A DNA stretch of 64,000 nt from a virus (lineage: Duplodnaviria > Caudoviricetes): positions 1-64,000 of the IMG/VR virus record IMGVR_UViG_3300042269_000666; one strand, 5' to 3'. The notes under the pieces are model-generated. The model saw only the letters and a list, made by a program, of their open reading frames with translations, had not been told where the DNA came from and made no database searches. The position numbers and the translations under genes are program-made. Position 1 is the stretch's first letter. Each line of letters starts with the position of its first letter. Below are positions 50,280-59,026 of this stretch, in pieces.

Positions 50280-51179
50280 ATGCAAAAACCTACTGCCTGG
50301 AGCGACTGGAATGATTTACCGATACTGGCCTTGCCGTCAGTTAAAGGCTACGAGATGTATGAAGCGATCCGCGAACGCATTGAATATGTTTTCCCTGAAA
50401 TGATTGCTGAGGATATGCCGTCCGCTTTGCGTCCACTGCTTACAGATTTTAACCCGAATAGCGATCATAAGGTTATTGAGCGGAATATGCACAAAGCTAT
50501 TACGGAACTTATCCCATGGTACCGGAACTGGACAAGTGACGATGCAAGGCTTTGGAATGAAGCAGATTTACTTGCTGCGCTGGGAGAAGAAAAACGCATA
50601 GAGCCCAACCCTTATTTTTTAAGCGCGAAATGGCTGAAACAGGCATTCAGGATCGTCAATTACCTCCGAAAAAAAGAGGACATCATTTCTATTACTTGGA
50701 TTGATGAAGCCGAACCGGGATACACGGAGGGCAATACTTATGACGAACACAAAGCAATGTTTGAGGATGCAATCGACTTTTTCACGGCAGTTATCCAACC
50801 AGGTGGTGGAAGTGGCGGTGATATTTTTGGTTCTTCTGGCAGGCCGTCAAATGTGCTGTACTATTCCTGTGACCGCGATCCATGCGATTCTATGAACAGC
50901 TTTGTACAGGCATTCAATGCTTTGAAATCGCAGTATACAGCAACAAAATACACGGTCGGTTTGTTTGTGGATTCATCCGGATCAATGAGTTTGCGTACTA
51001 TACAGCCAGCCTATGATAACTTTGTAGCTTATATCAAAGAGTTTTATCCTGATTCACGTCTTGTGGAACGCACTGCCGGCAATGAAGCATGGCTTATATG
51101 GACTAAGGAGTATATAAGCCAGTTGAGATTTAACTTTGAGTTTAAAGAGGAAGAAGAAGCGGAATCACCCGCGAGCTAA
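50280..51179 (+). CDS. VWA/MIDAS-motif tail-associated protein; homolog of 4050..4937
   Basis: GLFVDSSGSMS. Confidence 0.7.
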   Translation: MQKPTAWSDWNDLPILALPSVKGYEMYEAIRERIEYVFPEMIAEDMPSALRPLLTDFNPNSDHKVIERNMHKAITELIPWYRNWTSDDARLWNEADLLAALGEEKRIEPNPYFLSAKWLKQAFRIVNYLRKKEDIISITWIDEAEPGYTEGNTYDEHKAMFEDAIDFFTAVIQPGGGSGGDIFGSSGRPSNVLYYSCDRDPCDSMNSFVQAFNALKSQYTATKYTVGLFVDSSGSMSLRTIQPAYDNFVAYIKEFYPDSRLVERTAGNEAWLIWTKEYISQLRFNFEFKEEEEAESPAS

Positions 51180-51533
51180 ACGAATAGTTCGCGGAAGTTC
51201 TGATTTCGCTTGTTTGAGAAGCCTTGCGGCACGGGGAGCTATGCCCGGATTATCGCCGTTAATCAGCGTGAAAGACTGGCTTAAGCCTCCGGGCAAGCTT
51301 TGACCAGTGACCACCTTACCTTCAGTTTGCTTGTTGTAATTCCTGATAAGAAATACAGCCTGTTCGCAATATGCTTTTTTCAGCGTGTCGCTTTCTTCTG
51401 CATTATTCAATATCAGGTCATTACGCGCCATCTCCAGAGCTGCTTCACGGGTAGCTTCATCTTGTGAAGTCCAGTAAGCGCCATCAAGGTGTATGGCAAA
51501 ATAATTGTTCGCAAATTCCAGTAATTCAGTCAT
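51165..51533 (-). CDS. Probable head-tail connector/adaptor
   Basis: FANNYF...W......EAALEMA, KKAYCEQA.FL, IAPRA.RLL; position after capsid. Confidence 0.65.
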   Translation of the reverse strand: MTELLEFANNYFAIHLDGAYWTSQDEATREAALEMARNDLILNNAEESDTLKKAYCEQAVFLIRNYNKQTEGKVVTGQSLPGGLSQSFTLINGDNPGIAPRAARLLKQAKSELPRTIRLARG

Positions 51534-51539
51534 GATTAT

Positions 51540-52118
51540 TTACTCCGTAAACTCCTTGAGAGCCTCGTATTCTTCAATGCTTTTAGGCTGATACCTGCCA
51601 CGGAAATAACTCTTTTTGAGCTTTTCACACCAGCCGGCATTCTTGAAGTGCAGAACAGGAATTTGTTTCTGCTTTTTAGCCTGATCTTTGCTGGCTTGTT
51701 CTGCGGCTTCTCTGGCTGCTTTTTCCGCGTCCGCTTTAGCTTTTGCCTCTGCTTCGGCTTGCTGTCTTTTGGCAAAATCAGCTTCCGTTTCCGGTTTGCC
51801 CGGGTCACCCTGTAAGCCTGGTTCACCGTTGGGATCGCCATGGGCTTGAATGATAGCTTCGCACATTTCAATCAATTCTTCATGGCTGTATTCTTCGATG
51901 GGCTTGAGTTCCTGTTTGCTGTTCCTGCAAAGGAAATCATAAACAGCTTCAGGATCATTAAGGTCTACTACCTCTGTTTCAGAAGTGTCTCCACCCTTTG
52001 CTACTCCGGTGGCTTCATCATACATCTTTTCAAGTTCTTCAAGCTTGTAGGAATTGATGCCTTTTTCCGGCTTCTTACCCATATCAGTCAGCTTGTCATA
52101 GATTTCTTGTTTAGTCAT
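51540..52118 (-). CDS. Hypothetical protein after capsid gene (short helical repeats, acidic)
   Basis: Two K.E...YS/K.EEL.EM segments. Confidence 0.55.
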   Translation of the reverse strand: MTKQEIYDKLTDMGKKPEKGINSYKLEELEKMYDEATGVAKGGDTSETEVVDLNDPEAVYDFLCRNSKQELKPIEEYSHEELIEMCEAIIQAHGDPNGEPGLQGDPGKPETEADFAKRQQAEAEAKAKADAEKAAREAAEQASKDQAKKQKQIPVLHFKNAGWCEKLKKSYFRGRYQPKSIEEYEALKEFTE

Positions 52119-52134
52119 AACTCACTCCGTGAAT

Positions 52135-52159
52135 AAAAAGGCGGCATATTTCAGCCGCC
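52135..52159 (-). terminator. Intrinsic terminator after major capsid gene
   Basis: GGCGGC-TGAAATAT-GCCGCC-TTTTT on minus strand. Confidence 0.8.
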
Positions 52160-52172
52160 ACGATTATCGGAA

Positions 52173-53360
52173 TTAACCGGTAATGCCATCCATAAGGATG
52201 TGGTTAACTCCCACGTTTTCAACGATGAACCCGACAGAACCCTGAATGGATTTTCTCACTTCACGGCTGGATGCGCTGGGCTCATCCTTTTTCTGCAGGC
52301 CGTCATCAGTGAGCCAACCCTTTTGGCAGTCGGACTGCTTAACGATCGGCAGTCGGTTATTGCCCATATCAGAATCAACACGAACCTTGATGATGTGTCC
52401 CTCAAAGTCGATAGAGTCGATATACACACCAGCGGTATGGTCGGCTTTGGTAGTCTGAACAGCCAGCTGACTGTTAGCCATGTTGAAAGTATTGATAATA
52501 CCCTTGTTGGTCGGAGATGCCCAAATGGTATCTACAACGCCGCCTGCGTCAAAAACCATCTTGATAGCAGCAACAACTTTTTCTTCGGCAAGAGCGCCGG
52601 TATTGTTGTAGAGCAACGGGGCACGGTTGCCATTGTTAGTATCAGTCAACTGGGAATACAATCCGGCAGACATATAGCGGTCGGAATCATCGACTGCTTT
52701 CTGTTTGCGTCCATGGATAGACATACGAGCGAGAGTTTCTGCAACCCTGATCATTGCTTCCTGAACGATGATATAAGTTGCATCTGCAACACTCAGGCCT
52801 TTTCCCACGTAAATGGCATGCTTTGTCCAGTCCATGACTTCAAAGATGGTCTGCACATAGTTGCTGTAAACGCTGGTAAGCTCAGACATGCTCTTAACGT
52901 TCTTGAGGTCGGTATCCGCACCAGCGTAACCAATGACAGAAAACGCGGTCTGATCAGCATGGGCTGCGGCAGTAGAATCACCTGCGCCACGAGCATATAC
53001 ATCAATGGTATTTGCCGCACGGTCTACAGCTTTGATAATGACCACTTCATCTTCCACCTGCAGAACATGACCGATATTCAGGCCTTTAAGTATATCGGCA
53101 GGCATTTTCAGTCCGGAAACAGCGACATTATCCCAACCGCCAGCAGCTCCATCGCCAATGAGTCCATCACGGCTGGTTTTGCTTCGGCTGTAGATATCAA
53201 ACTGTTTATTGGTCAACGGGGTGTCAGGTGCGCCCATACCCTGATAAAAGGCACCTTTAAACGGACCAAGTTCGATAGCTTTGGCTACTGCCAGCACTAC
53301 GGGGTCTTTCTTGGCTACAGGGTCTGAGAACTCTGTGAATTGTCCGAATTCAAAAGACAT
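52173..53360 (-). CDS. Major capsid protein (DUF5309/SU10-like)
   Basis: Follows scaffold; SNYVQTIFE motif; terminator downstream. Confidence 0.8.
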   Translation of the reverse strand: MSFEFGQFTEFSDPVAKKDPVVLAVAKAIELGPFKGAFYQGMGAPDTPLTNKQFDIYSRSKTSRDGLIGDGAAGGWDNVAVSGLKMPADILKGLNIGHVLQVEDEVVIIKAVDRAANTIDVYARGAGDSTAAAHADQTAFSVIGYAGADTDLKNVKSMSELTSVYSNYVQTIFEVMDWTKHAIYVGKGLSVADATYIIVQEAMIRVAETLARMSIHGRKQKAVDDSDRYMSAGLYSQLTDTNNGNRAPLLYNNTGALAEEKVVAAIKMVFDAGGVVDTIWASPTNKGIINTFNMANSQLAVQTTKADHTAGVYIDSIDFEGHIIKVRVDSDMGNNRLPIVKQSDCQKGWLTDDGLQKKDEPSASSREVRKSIQGSVGFIVENVGVNHILMDGITG

Positions 53361-53365
53361 ACTCC

Positions 53366-53956
53366 TTACTCCTTATTTTGGTTGTTGTCGATTTCGGTTT
53401 GTAATTCTATTACTCTTGAGGCCTCACGTTTTGTCAGGTTATCTTTACCCAACAATTCGTTAAGCTCCGCTTCCTGGGTCTTGGTTTTGTCCTCAGGAGT
53501 TTTTTCATTTCCTGAACCGCCACCACCTTTATTTACTTCCGCAGTGAAATATTTCGGCTTATCCTTTTTCAGGTTGTCCATAAAAGATTCGCCGTCTTTT
53601 TCGAGATCAACTTTGTCTTTGCCGACAAGGTATTTGAGGTACTCTGGATCAGTAAACTTATGCTTAGAGGCCAGCTTGCTTACTGCAAGATCAAAATCCT
53701 GTGCGGTCTTGGCAGCCTTGACATCATCATTCTCTTTTTTGAGCTTTTCGTTTTCTTTTTGAAGCTTTTCCACTTCCGAAAGTTTGTCGTTTTCGGCATC
53801 GTCAATTTTCTGCTGAGCTTCTGCAAGCTGTTGAGCAAGTTCTTTTTCCTTGCTGTCATCATGCTTCGGCTCGTTGTATTCCTGCAGAAACTTCTTTTCC
53901 GCGTCAGAAAGCTCTTCACCTTTCAAAACTTTTGCTAGGAGTACTTTGATTTTCAT
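53366..53956 (-). CDS. Scaffolding protein
   Basis: Charged coiled coil, KLSEVEKLQKE, KPKYF, GGGGSG tail. Confidence 0.8.
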   Translation of the reverse strand: MKIKVLLAKVLKGEELSDAEKKFLQEYNEPKHDDSKEKELAQQLAEAQQKIDDAENDKLSEVEKLQKENEKLKKENDDVKAAKTAQDFDLAVSKLASKHKFTDPEYLKYLVGKDKVDLEKDGESFMDNLKKDKPKYFTAEVNKGGGGSGNEKTPEDKTKTQEAELNELLGKDNLTKREASRVIELQTEIDNNQNKE

Positions 53957-53996
53957 ATGCTGGATATCCCTTTTTACATAAGGCTTCCTTTGTCAA
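53957..53996 (-). promoter_or_regulatory. TTGACA-N15-AAAAAGGG block-start motif ahead of scaffold/capsid
   Basis: TTGACA at 53991-53996. Confidence 0.55.
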
Positions 53997-54177
53997 CATT
54001 GAAAAAGACTTGTGGAGTGATAGTGTATGAAAAAGAAAAGGTGAGTATTTATGGATAATGGCTACTGGTAATCAATAAAATGGAACATTTAACCTTTAAT
54101 TATTTATAAAGCTACTTTTGATTTTTCAACACAGAGAATACATAAAATTAAAGCAAAAATAATTAAAAGATAAGAAA

Positions 54178-54915
54178 ATGAATAATCAACAAATACAGGG
54201 TTGTAAGGCGTTAACTGAAAATGTATTAGAGTATTTAGATGAGTTTATTCGCAATGCAATATCAAGAAGTTCAAATATTCAATGTGTCAAAAGCATAGCT
54301 CATGATTTGAATGTAATGAATGAATTTATTGGTCAAGAATCTCCAGATTGGATAAAAAATTTGATAGGGTTATGTGCTCGAGGACAAACAGACCCAAATA
54401 CAACACAAGAAATAATTAAGCTTAGGTCAGCTATTGAGTATTTCTCTTGGGAAGATTTTTATAACGATGATGGAGATATAGACAAATTAGACTATGATAA
54501 AATATTTACCGAAGAAGCCAATAAAAATGGGTTGAATGAGGCTCTTGATCGTTTAGTTGAATGCTTGGAAATAATTAAAAATGAGTCTCAGTTTAATTTT
54601 TCTAAGCAAACACGCATTGATATTGAAACTTTAATAATTGGACTAAAAAAGTCAAAAGGGAAATCAGAATCTTCAATAAAAACATGGGTGGAGTCAGTTT
54701 GGGCACTTATAAAAACTTGTATTCCTCATGCTGATAAAATTGAAGCATTAAACAAATTGCTTTCTGATACTCAACACGCTTATAATGATGTATCTTTTAA
54801 AATAATTGAAGCAAAGAACATGGTTATAGCAAAAATTCAAAATGAATTTTGCAATCAGAAGCTCCTGCCCAAATTTGAAGAGGCTAAGCAAATTGCAAAC
54901 AATAATTCTGAGTAA
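54178..54915 (+). CDS. AT-rich hypothetical protein (moron) opposite to late genes
   Basis: Long clean ORF, very low GC, own upstream AT-rich region. Confidence 0.65.
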   Translation: MNNQQIQGCKALTENVLEYLDEFIRNAISRSSNIQCVKSIAHDLNVMNEFIGQESPDWIKNLIGLCARGQTDPNTTQEIIKLRSAIEYFSWEDFYNDDGDIDKLDYDKIFTEEANKNGLNEALDRLVECLEIIKNESQFNFSKQTRIDIETLIIGLKKSKGKSESSIKTWVESVWALIKTCIPHADKIEALNKLLSDTQHAYNDVSFKIIEAKNMVIAKIQNEFCNQKLLPKFEEAKQIANNNSE

Positions 54916-54918
54916 ATA

Positions 54919-55404
54919 TTAAAAATCACCTTTCAGTAACTTATCCAGGAACTTTTCGCGCTCCTCGAAGCTCATATTCTCAATGAGCTTTTCAGCCATA
55001 GCTACTTCGGTGGCATTCTCAACCTCAGCTTCAAGCTTGTGCTTGTCGCTCCACTTTTCAGGACGGCGGTTAACCAGCCAGAACTTGATCGCGTTCACGT
55101 CCGGTTCAAAGGTTTTAGTCTTGACGGTTTGTTTAACAATTTCACCATCGCCATCGGTTTCCAGATGCCGTTCGCGGACTTCAAAGCCCAAACAACGCTT
55201 AAGCAGGGCGTTCTCAACCTTGGTATCAACCGGAGCTTTCCCGCGCGCGATAGCCTCCAAAAACTCTAGGTGCTTCTTCTGGTAATTGTAGTAAGTTGCG
55301 GTCGATATGCCGAGTTTTTGGGCGATCTGTTCGTCGTTAAGTCCCTCTCTCGCAAACCCTTCCGCAAGTATTGGAAAGTTTTCGTTATATTTGCCTTTGC
55401 TCAA
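54919..55404 (-). CDS. terS: Terminase small subunit (HTH type)
   Basis: EG.AREGL.DEQIAQKLGIS..TYYNY.KKH.EF, VENALLKRC.G, PDVNAIKFWL.NRRPEKW. Confidence 0.8.
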   Translation of the reverse strand: MSKGKYNENFPILAEGFAREGLNDEQIAQKLGISTATYYNYQKKHLEFLEAIARGKAPVDTKVENALLKRCLGFEVRERHLETDGDGEIVKQTVKTKTFEPDVNAIKFWLVNRRPEKWSDKHKLEAEVENATEVAMAEKLIENMSFEEREKFLDKLLKGDF

Positions 55405-55907
55405 AATAGTTTCTCCTGAACCGCATCACCCTCTACAAACTGTTTCTTGTATCTGTTTCTTGCAGCGGTAATTTTCGACAATGTCAGGCAGAAGATACTT
55501 TTCAGTTCCGGATGATTTCTTACCGCAAATAAAAGGGCTGTATTAATGCGCTGTCGAGATACGCCTCGCTCCCTTGCCATTTCAGCCTGTGTAATATTCG
55601 GATTGCGAACCAAGGCACTAAGGAGCGAGAGCGTATTATCATCAAGAGAAAGTATGTAATTCAGAACTTCTGACAAATTCTCGTAATTATCACTTTTACC
55701 GATTTTATCACACTCGTTGCTTTTACCTGCAACACGAAAAGAGTTCTTGTCGTAATCTACTGCATTACGAACTCTGTTGGCGTTATCAGGGTTGGGACTG
55801 CTGGTCACATATTCGCACGAGTCCCAGTACTCACAAACATTTTTGCAGGATTGGTCGAAGTGTCCGAAACATTCACCTGCGGTTTTTTCGTAGTTTCGTT
55901 CTGTCAT
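55401..55907 (-). CDS. Cys-cluster + HTH protein; candidate late transcription regulator
   Basis: CFGHFDQSCKNVCEYWDSC; NPNITQAEMARERGVSRQRINTAL; start set at ATG 55907. Confidence 0.6.
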   Translation of the reverse strand: MTERNYEKTAGECFGHFDQSCKNVCEYWDSCEYVTSSPNPDNANRVRNAVDYDKNSFRVAGKSNECDKIGKSDNYENLSEVLNYILSLDDNTLSLLSALVRNPNITQAEMARERGVSRQRINTALLFAVRNHPELKSIFCLTLSKITAARNRYKKQFVEGDAVQEKLF

Positions 55908-55946
55908 TTTTTTACTGCACCCTTTTATTTTTCGGCAAAGTGTCAA
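55908..55946 (-). promoter_or_regulatory. TTGACA-N15-AAAGGG block-start motif
   Basis: TTGACA at 55941-55946. Confidence 0.5.
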
Positions 55947-55955
55947 CACAGCCAA

Positions 55956-56969
55956 TCAGGTCTTTTCACTAAGATTGTCAATAGCGTTTTTGTCACGAGT
56001 AAAAATATCCATTATCTCGGCGAAGCTCTTGCTGTTTATGACACGTCCCCCAATGGTGTTTTGCATCAGAGTCCTGAAACATGCAGATGAATTTTCTTTC
56101 ATGGCCTTTGTGTACTTGAAGTTTTCATGATCATAAAGAAAATGATTCAGATTAGCCTTGTTGGTTGTGAACCCGGGAACGCCCTCAACACCACAGCAAC
56201 AAAGGGAATCGCCCATATTCCGTAACCTGTTTTCGCCTGAAAAGAATTTCATGCCAAGGTCATGGGCCGTCTGCCTGATCTGTACGAAGTCCGCTTTCAG
56301 CTTTTCAACAGGATAGACGTAATCGGCGCCGCTTTTTATCATGCCCTTGCGCTTCTGGAAATACTTGATCCCCTCCACAATAATGCCATATACTCCGGCT
56401 TCTTTGTACCGTGGCAAATTACTGATAATATCATTCTTTACCTCACGTACATACGGCTGTATCCTGATAATAAGCCTTTTGCAGTGTTGAGAAATTACCG
56501 CAATATCCTTAAGCCGTTGTTCAAAGGTCGGGGCACCTGGTTCAATAACATCGAACTTCGGAGATATCAGAGATACTTGCACAACGGCATTGCATTGTTT
56601 CAGTGAGTTCAGATACTCAGGCTGTACGAGGCAGGTTGTGCCCTTGGTCGATACAATAAAAGGATATTTCGTTTCCGCGAATACTTTCAGGCACTGCAAA
56701 GAGCTTTTAAATTTGTTCTCTATAGGCTGAAAAGGGTCAGACATACCGCCCCAATGCAACGGTATATCCCAGTCGCACCAACGCGTTTCAGTTGTGCGCT
56801 TTCCGTCAATGAACCTTTTTAGCGCGGTGGCTGATTCATCGAGCTTAATATTTGATATATCAGTCTTTCGGGTCACAAAACAATATTTGCACCCGTGCGA
56901 GCAACCGGAATAATTATCAAACCTGATCGGCAGGTCGCATAAAATAATCTGACTTCCACACTTTGGCAT
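55956..56969 (-). CDS. Radical SAM protein (spore photoproduct lyase-like)
   Basis: CSHGCKYC (CxxxCxxC), GGMSDPFQP.E, TKG. Confidence 0.85.
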   Translation of the reverse strand: MPKCGSQIILCDLPIRFDNYSGCSHGCKYCFVTRKTDISNIKLDESATALKRFIDGKRTTETRWCDWDIPLHWGGMSDPFQPIENKFKSSLQCLKVFAETKYPFIVSTKGTTCLVQPEYLNSLKQCNAVVQVSLISPKFDVIEPGAPTFEQRLKDIAVISQHCKRLIIRIQPYVREVKNDIISNLPRYKEAGVYGIIVEGIKYFQKRKGMIKSGADYVYPVEKLKADFVQIRQTAHDLGMKFFSGENRLRNMGDSLCCCGVEGVPGFTTNKANLNHFLYDHENFKYTKAMKENSSACFRTLMQNTIGGRVINSKSFAEIMDIFTRDKNAIDNLSEKT

Positions 56970-57553
56970 TATGCATCCCCCTCACAAAGCTTGATAATCT
57001 GTTCAACGACTGCCTCCTTGCCGTATTCCTTGATGTACTTATCAATTTCCTCTTTTTTGCTTTTGGGAAAGATAAGAGTGACCGCAAAGGAATCAGAATC
57101 AGCGTTTATGGAGTTCTGGAAGTTGTTTTCCAGCAAATCATCAAGAATGCCGTCCGTTCGTTCAAAGGTTTCAATTTCCTCGTCAGAAAATCCGGTTGCA
57201 TCAACAAGGGAGCCCATGCCGGCAAGCAGCTCGGCAACTTTCTCATCAGAAAAAACAGAAAGATCACTGGTTTTGTTGTCTGCCAGTGCCAGTGCTTTGC
57301 GCTTGTCGTCAGCGGTCTTTAAATCGGTTCGCTTGATGGCGATCAATTCAGTCCCGTCCGATTCGATAACGCGAACAGGCAGCCCTAAGGACTGTGCCTG
57401 TTCATATACCCCGTTTCCGGCTATCAGCATGTTTTCAGAGTCAACCAGCACTGAACGTCCAGTGCCCAGCTCTTCGAGACTGCTTTTTATTGCGTTCTTG
57501 TTGTGATCGTCATGTATGCGAGCATTTTGATTGTCAAAAACAATATCATTCAT
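56969..57553 (-). CDS. ParB/Srx-like N-terminal domain protein
   Basis: NARIH...AIKSSLEELG.GRSVLVD..NMLIAG, ALALADNK. Confidence 0.75.
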   Translation of the reverse strand: MNDIVFDNQNARIHDDHNKNAIKSSLEELGTGRSVLVDSENMLIAGNGVYEQAQSLGLPVRVIESDGTELIAIKRTDLKTADDKRKALALADNKTSDLSVFSDEKVAELLAGMGSLVDATGFSDEEIETFERTDGILDDLLENNFQNSINADSDSFAVTLIFPKSKKEEIDKYIKEYGKEAVVEQIIKLCEGDA

Positions 57554-57600
57554 CGTAAAACCTTATAAGTTGTAAATCTATTATGTGTCCGTCCTGTCAA
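57554..57600 (-). promoter_or_regulatory. TTGACA block-start motif ahead of ParB gene
   Basis: TTGACA at 57595-57600 followed by CATAAT after 9 nt. Confidence 0.45.
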
Positions 57601-58270
57601 CAGGAGGTTTTATTCTCGCCCAGTGAGTTATATGCTTGCGATACACGAAGCCCGTGGAAGTGATATAAGCGTGGTCGCTTCCAGGTATAAAAACTCCCAA
57701 AGTCCATGCATTATTCTTAAGCCACAAAGCTACATGTTCTTTATCATTCGGCCTTGATGAGTTTTCAGTGCTAATCCACTCTATGGGCTCTTCTTCGCTT
57801 ACTTTTCGTGCCACTTCTGTAATGCATGGTATACGGTTGGCTTGTAGTTGATCTATAAACGCAATTATATTGGATAAATCCAAGAAAATTTTATTCCCCT
57901 GATTGTCTGTAATACATGGGAACATCCTTACACCATCAACCACGCTTGACTCGAATACCTGATCGTATTCATCTCCATCGAGCTGTAATTCGTCCTCATT
58001 AAACAACATTACTTTTTTTACGGTATGCGTCTTAAAATTATCGCAATTAGAGTGTTTTCTTTCCGTATCGGATTCATTTTTAACGAAAACAACATCTTTC
58101 CCATCTGTTCGGAGAGATGACGCACACTCAGGAGAATTTATATCGTTGCATTCCATTCCTGTAATTTTGGCAAACTCGCAGTTACGGCAACGTTTATTTT
58201 CTTTATCTTCAATGCACTTAAGGCTAATGCCACTCCAAACAAATTCTTCTCCTATTTTGTATTCTCTCAT
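57581..58270 (-). CDS. Hypothetical phage protein (Cys-rich N-terminus, DUF551-like C-terminus)
   Basis: WIS.E..RP......W......G......ITHWARI.PP. Confidence 0.6.
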   Translation of the reverse strand: MREYKIGEEFVWSGISLKCIEDKENKRCRNCEFAKITGMECNDINSPECASSLRTDGKDVVFVKNESDTERKHSNCDNFKTHTVKKVMLFNEDELQLDGDEYDQVFESSVVDGVRMFPCITDNQGNKIFLDLSNIIAFIDQLQANRIPCITEVARKVSEEEPIEWISTENSSRPNDKEHVALWLKNNAWTLGVFIPGSDHAYITSTGFVYRKHITHWARIKPPVDRTDT

Positions 58271-58381
58271 TTTATTCTATTCCTTATTTAACTTTTTTTC
58301 TTAACTGTTGAGAATAACGTCTTGCCGCTTTTAACAGCGCTTTAGCCTCTTTCCGGCTCATGCCGAAATGCTGATAATACC

Positions 58382-58681
58382 TCATTGTTCGCATTTCTCA
58401 CCATCCTTTTTTACATTGTCTTTAGGTTCCCAATGGCTAAACGTATTTCTATTGCATGCAAGACACGCTGAATAGAAACTGTCATCATTGGGATTATCGT
58501 TAAGCGGCACCCACGGTTCTAAATACCATTTGCATGTAGAGCAATCGATAATTTTGCAATAGATAACACCGCTATCGGGTTCTTTATCGCATATATCTTC
58601 TAGTTCAGTATTCTCGCAATGAAAAACCTCTGTACTGCCGTCACCAATGATAGTACCACCGCAATTAGGACATTTACCCAC
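58382..58681 (-). CDS. Small Cys-rich phage protein
   Basis: CPNCG, CSTCKW, CLAC. Confidence 0.55.
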   Translation of the reverse strand: MGKCPNCGGTIIGDGSTEVFHCENTELEDICDKEPDSGVIYCKIIDCSTCKWYLEPWVPLNDNPNDDSFYSACLACNRNTFSHWEPKDNVKKDGEKCEQ

Positions 58682-58832
58682 GGTTGCGCCTCCTCGATTT
58701 AGCTGCCTGTTTGTTCTTTTTGCGACGTTGTTTTATATCTTTTTCGTACTTTCCACGGTTGGCGGCTTCGCGAATTATTCTACATTTTGAGCCAAAATTT
58801 GAGCCAAAAATTGAGTTTGAATAGATTTCCAT
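58674..58832 (-). CDS. Small basic protein (52 aa; not in ORF track)
   Basis: ATG overlaps upstream TAA; ends RRKKNKQAAKSRRRNRG. Confidence 0.55.
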   Translation of the reverse strand: MEIYSNSIFGSNFGSKCRIIREAANRGKYEKDIKQRRKKNKQAAKSRRRNRG

Positions 58833-59026
58833 TATAGCCCCCATTTAGCTTTGTATTTCTGAATAAATTCAGAGGGGAAAGAGCTTTTCCAACCACATTC
58901 GGGGCATACGAACTGTTCGCCGTCAAAGGTTGTACGTGGCATACTGCATTTGGTCACGTTGCCGCAGTACGGCGTATACCATTTGTCGTTAAAGAGGTTG
59001 ATCCTGACTATTGTGTTTTTACTCAT
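58832..59026 (-). CDS. Small zinc-ribbon-like protein
   Basis: YTPYCG...C..PRT.F.GEQFVCPECGW. Confidence 0.6.
   Translation of the reverse strand: MSKNTIVRINLFNDKWYTPYCGNVTKCSMPRTTFDGEQFVCPECGWKSSFPSEFIQKYKAKWGL

Noticed and set aside
52200-53327. 375-aa + strand ORF opposite the capsid gene
   Set aside because: Exact antisense shadow of a well-supported gene; no recognisable motifs
31790-57540. Other TTGACA/TGTCAA hexamers inside coding regions (e.g. 31795, 33384, 39729, 40393, 55976, 57532)
   Set aside because: Expected by chance in AT-rich DNA; they lack the 15-nt spacing to an RBS and start codon
58785-58812. Tandem TTTGAGCCAAAA repeat
   Set aside because: Explained as coding (FGS-N-FGS) within the small basic ORF 58674..58832
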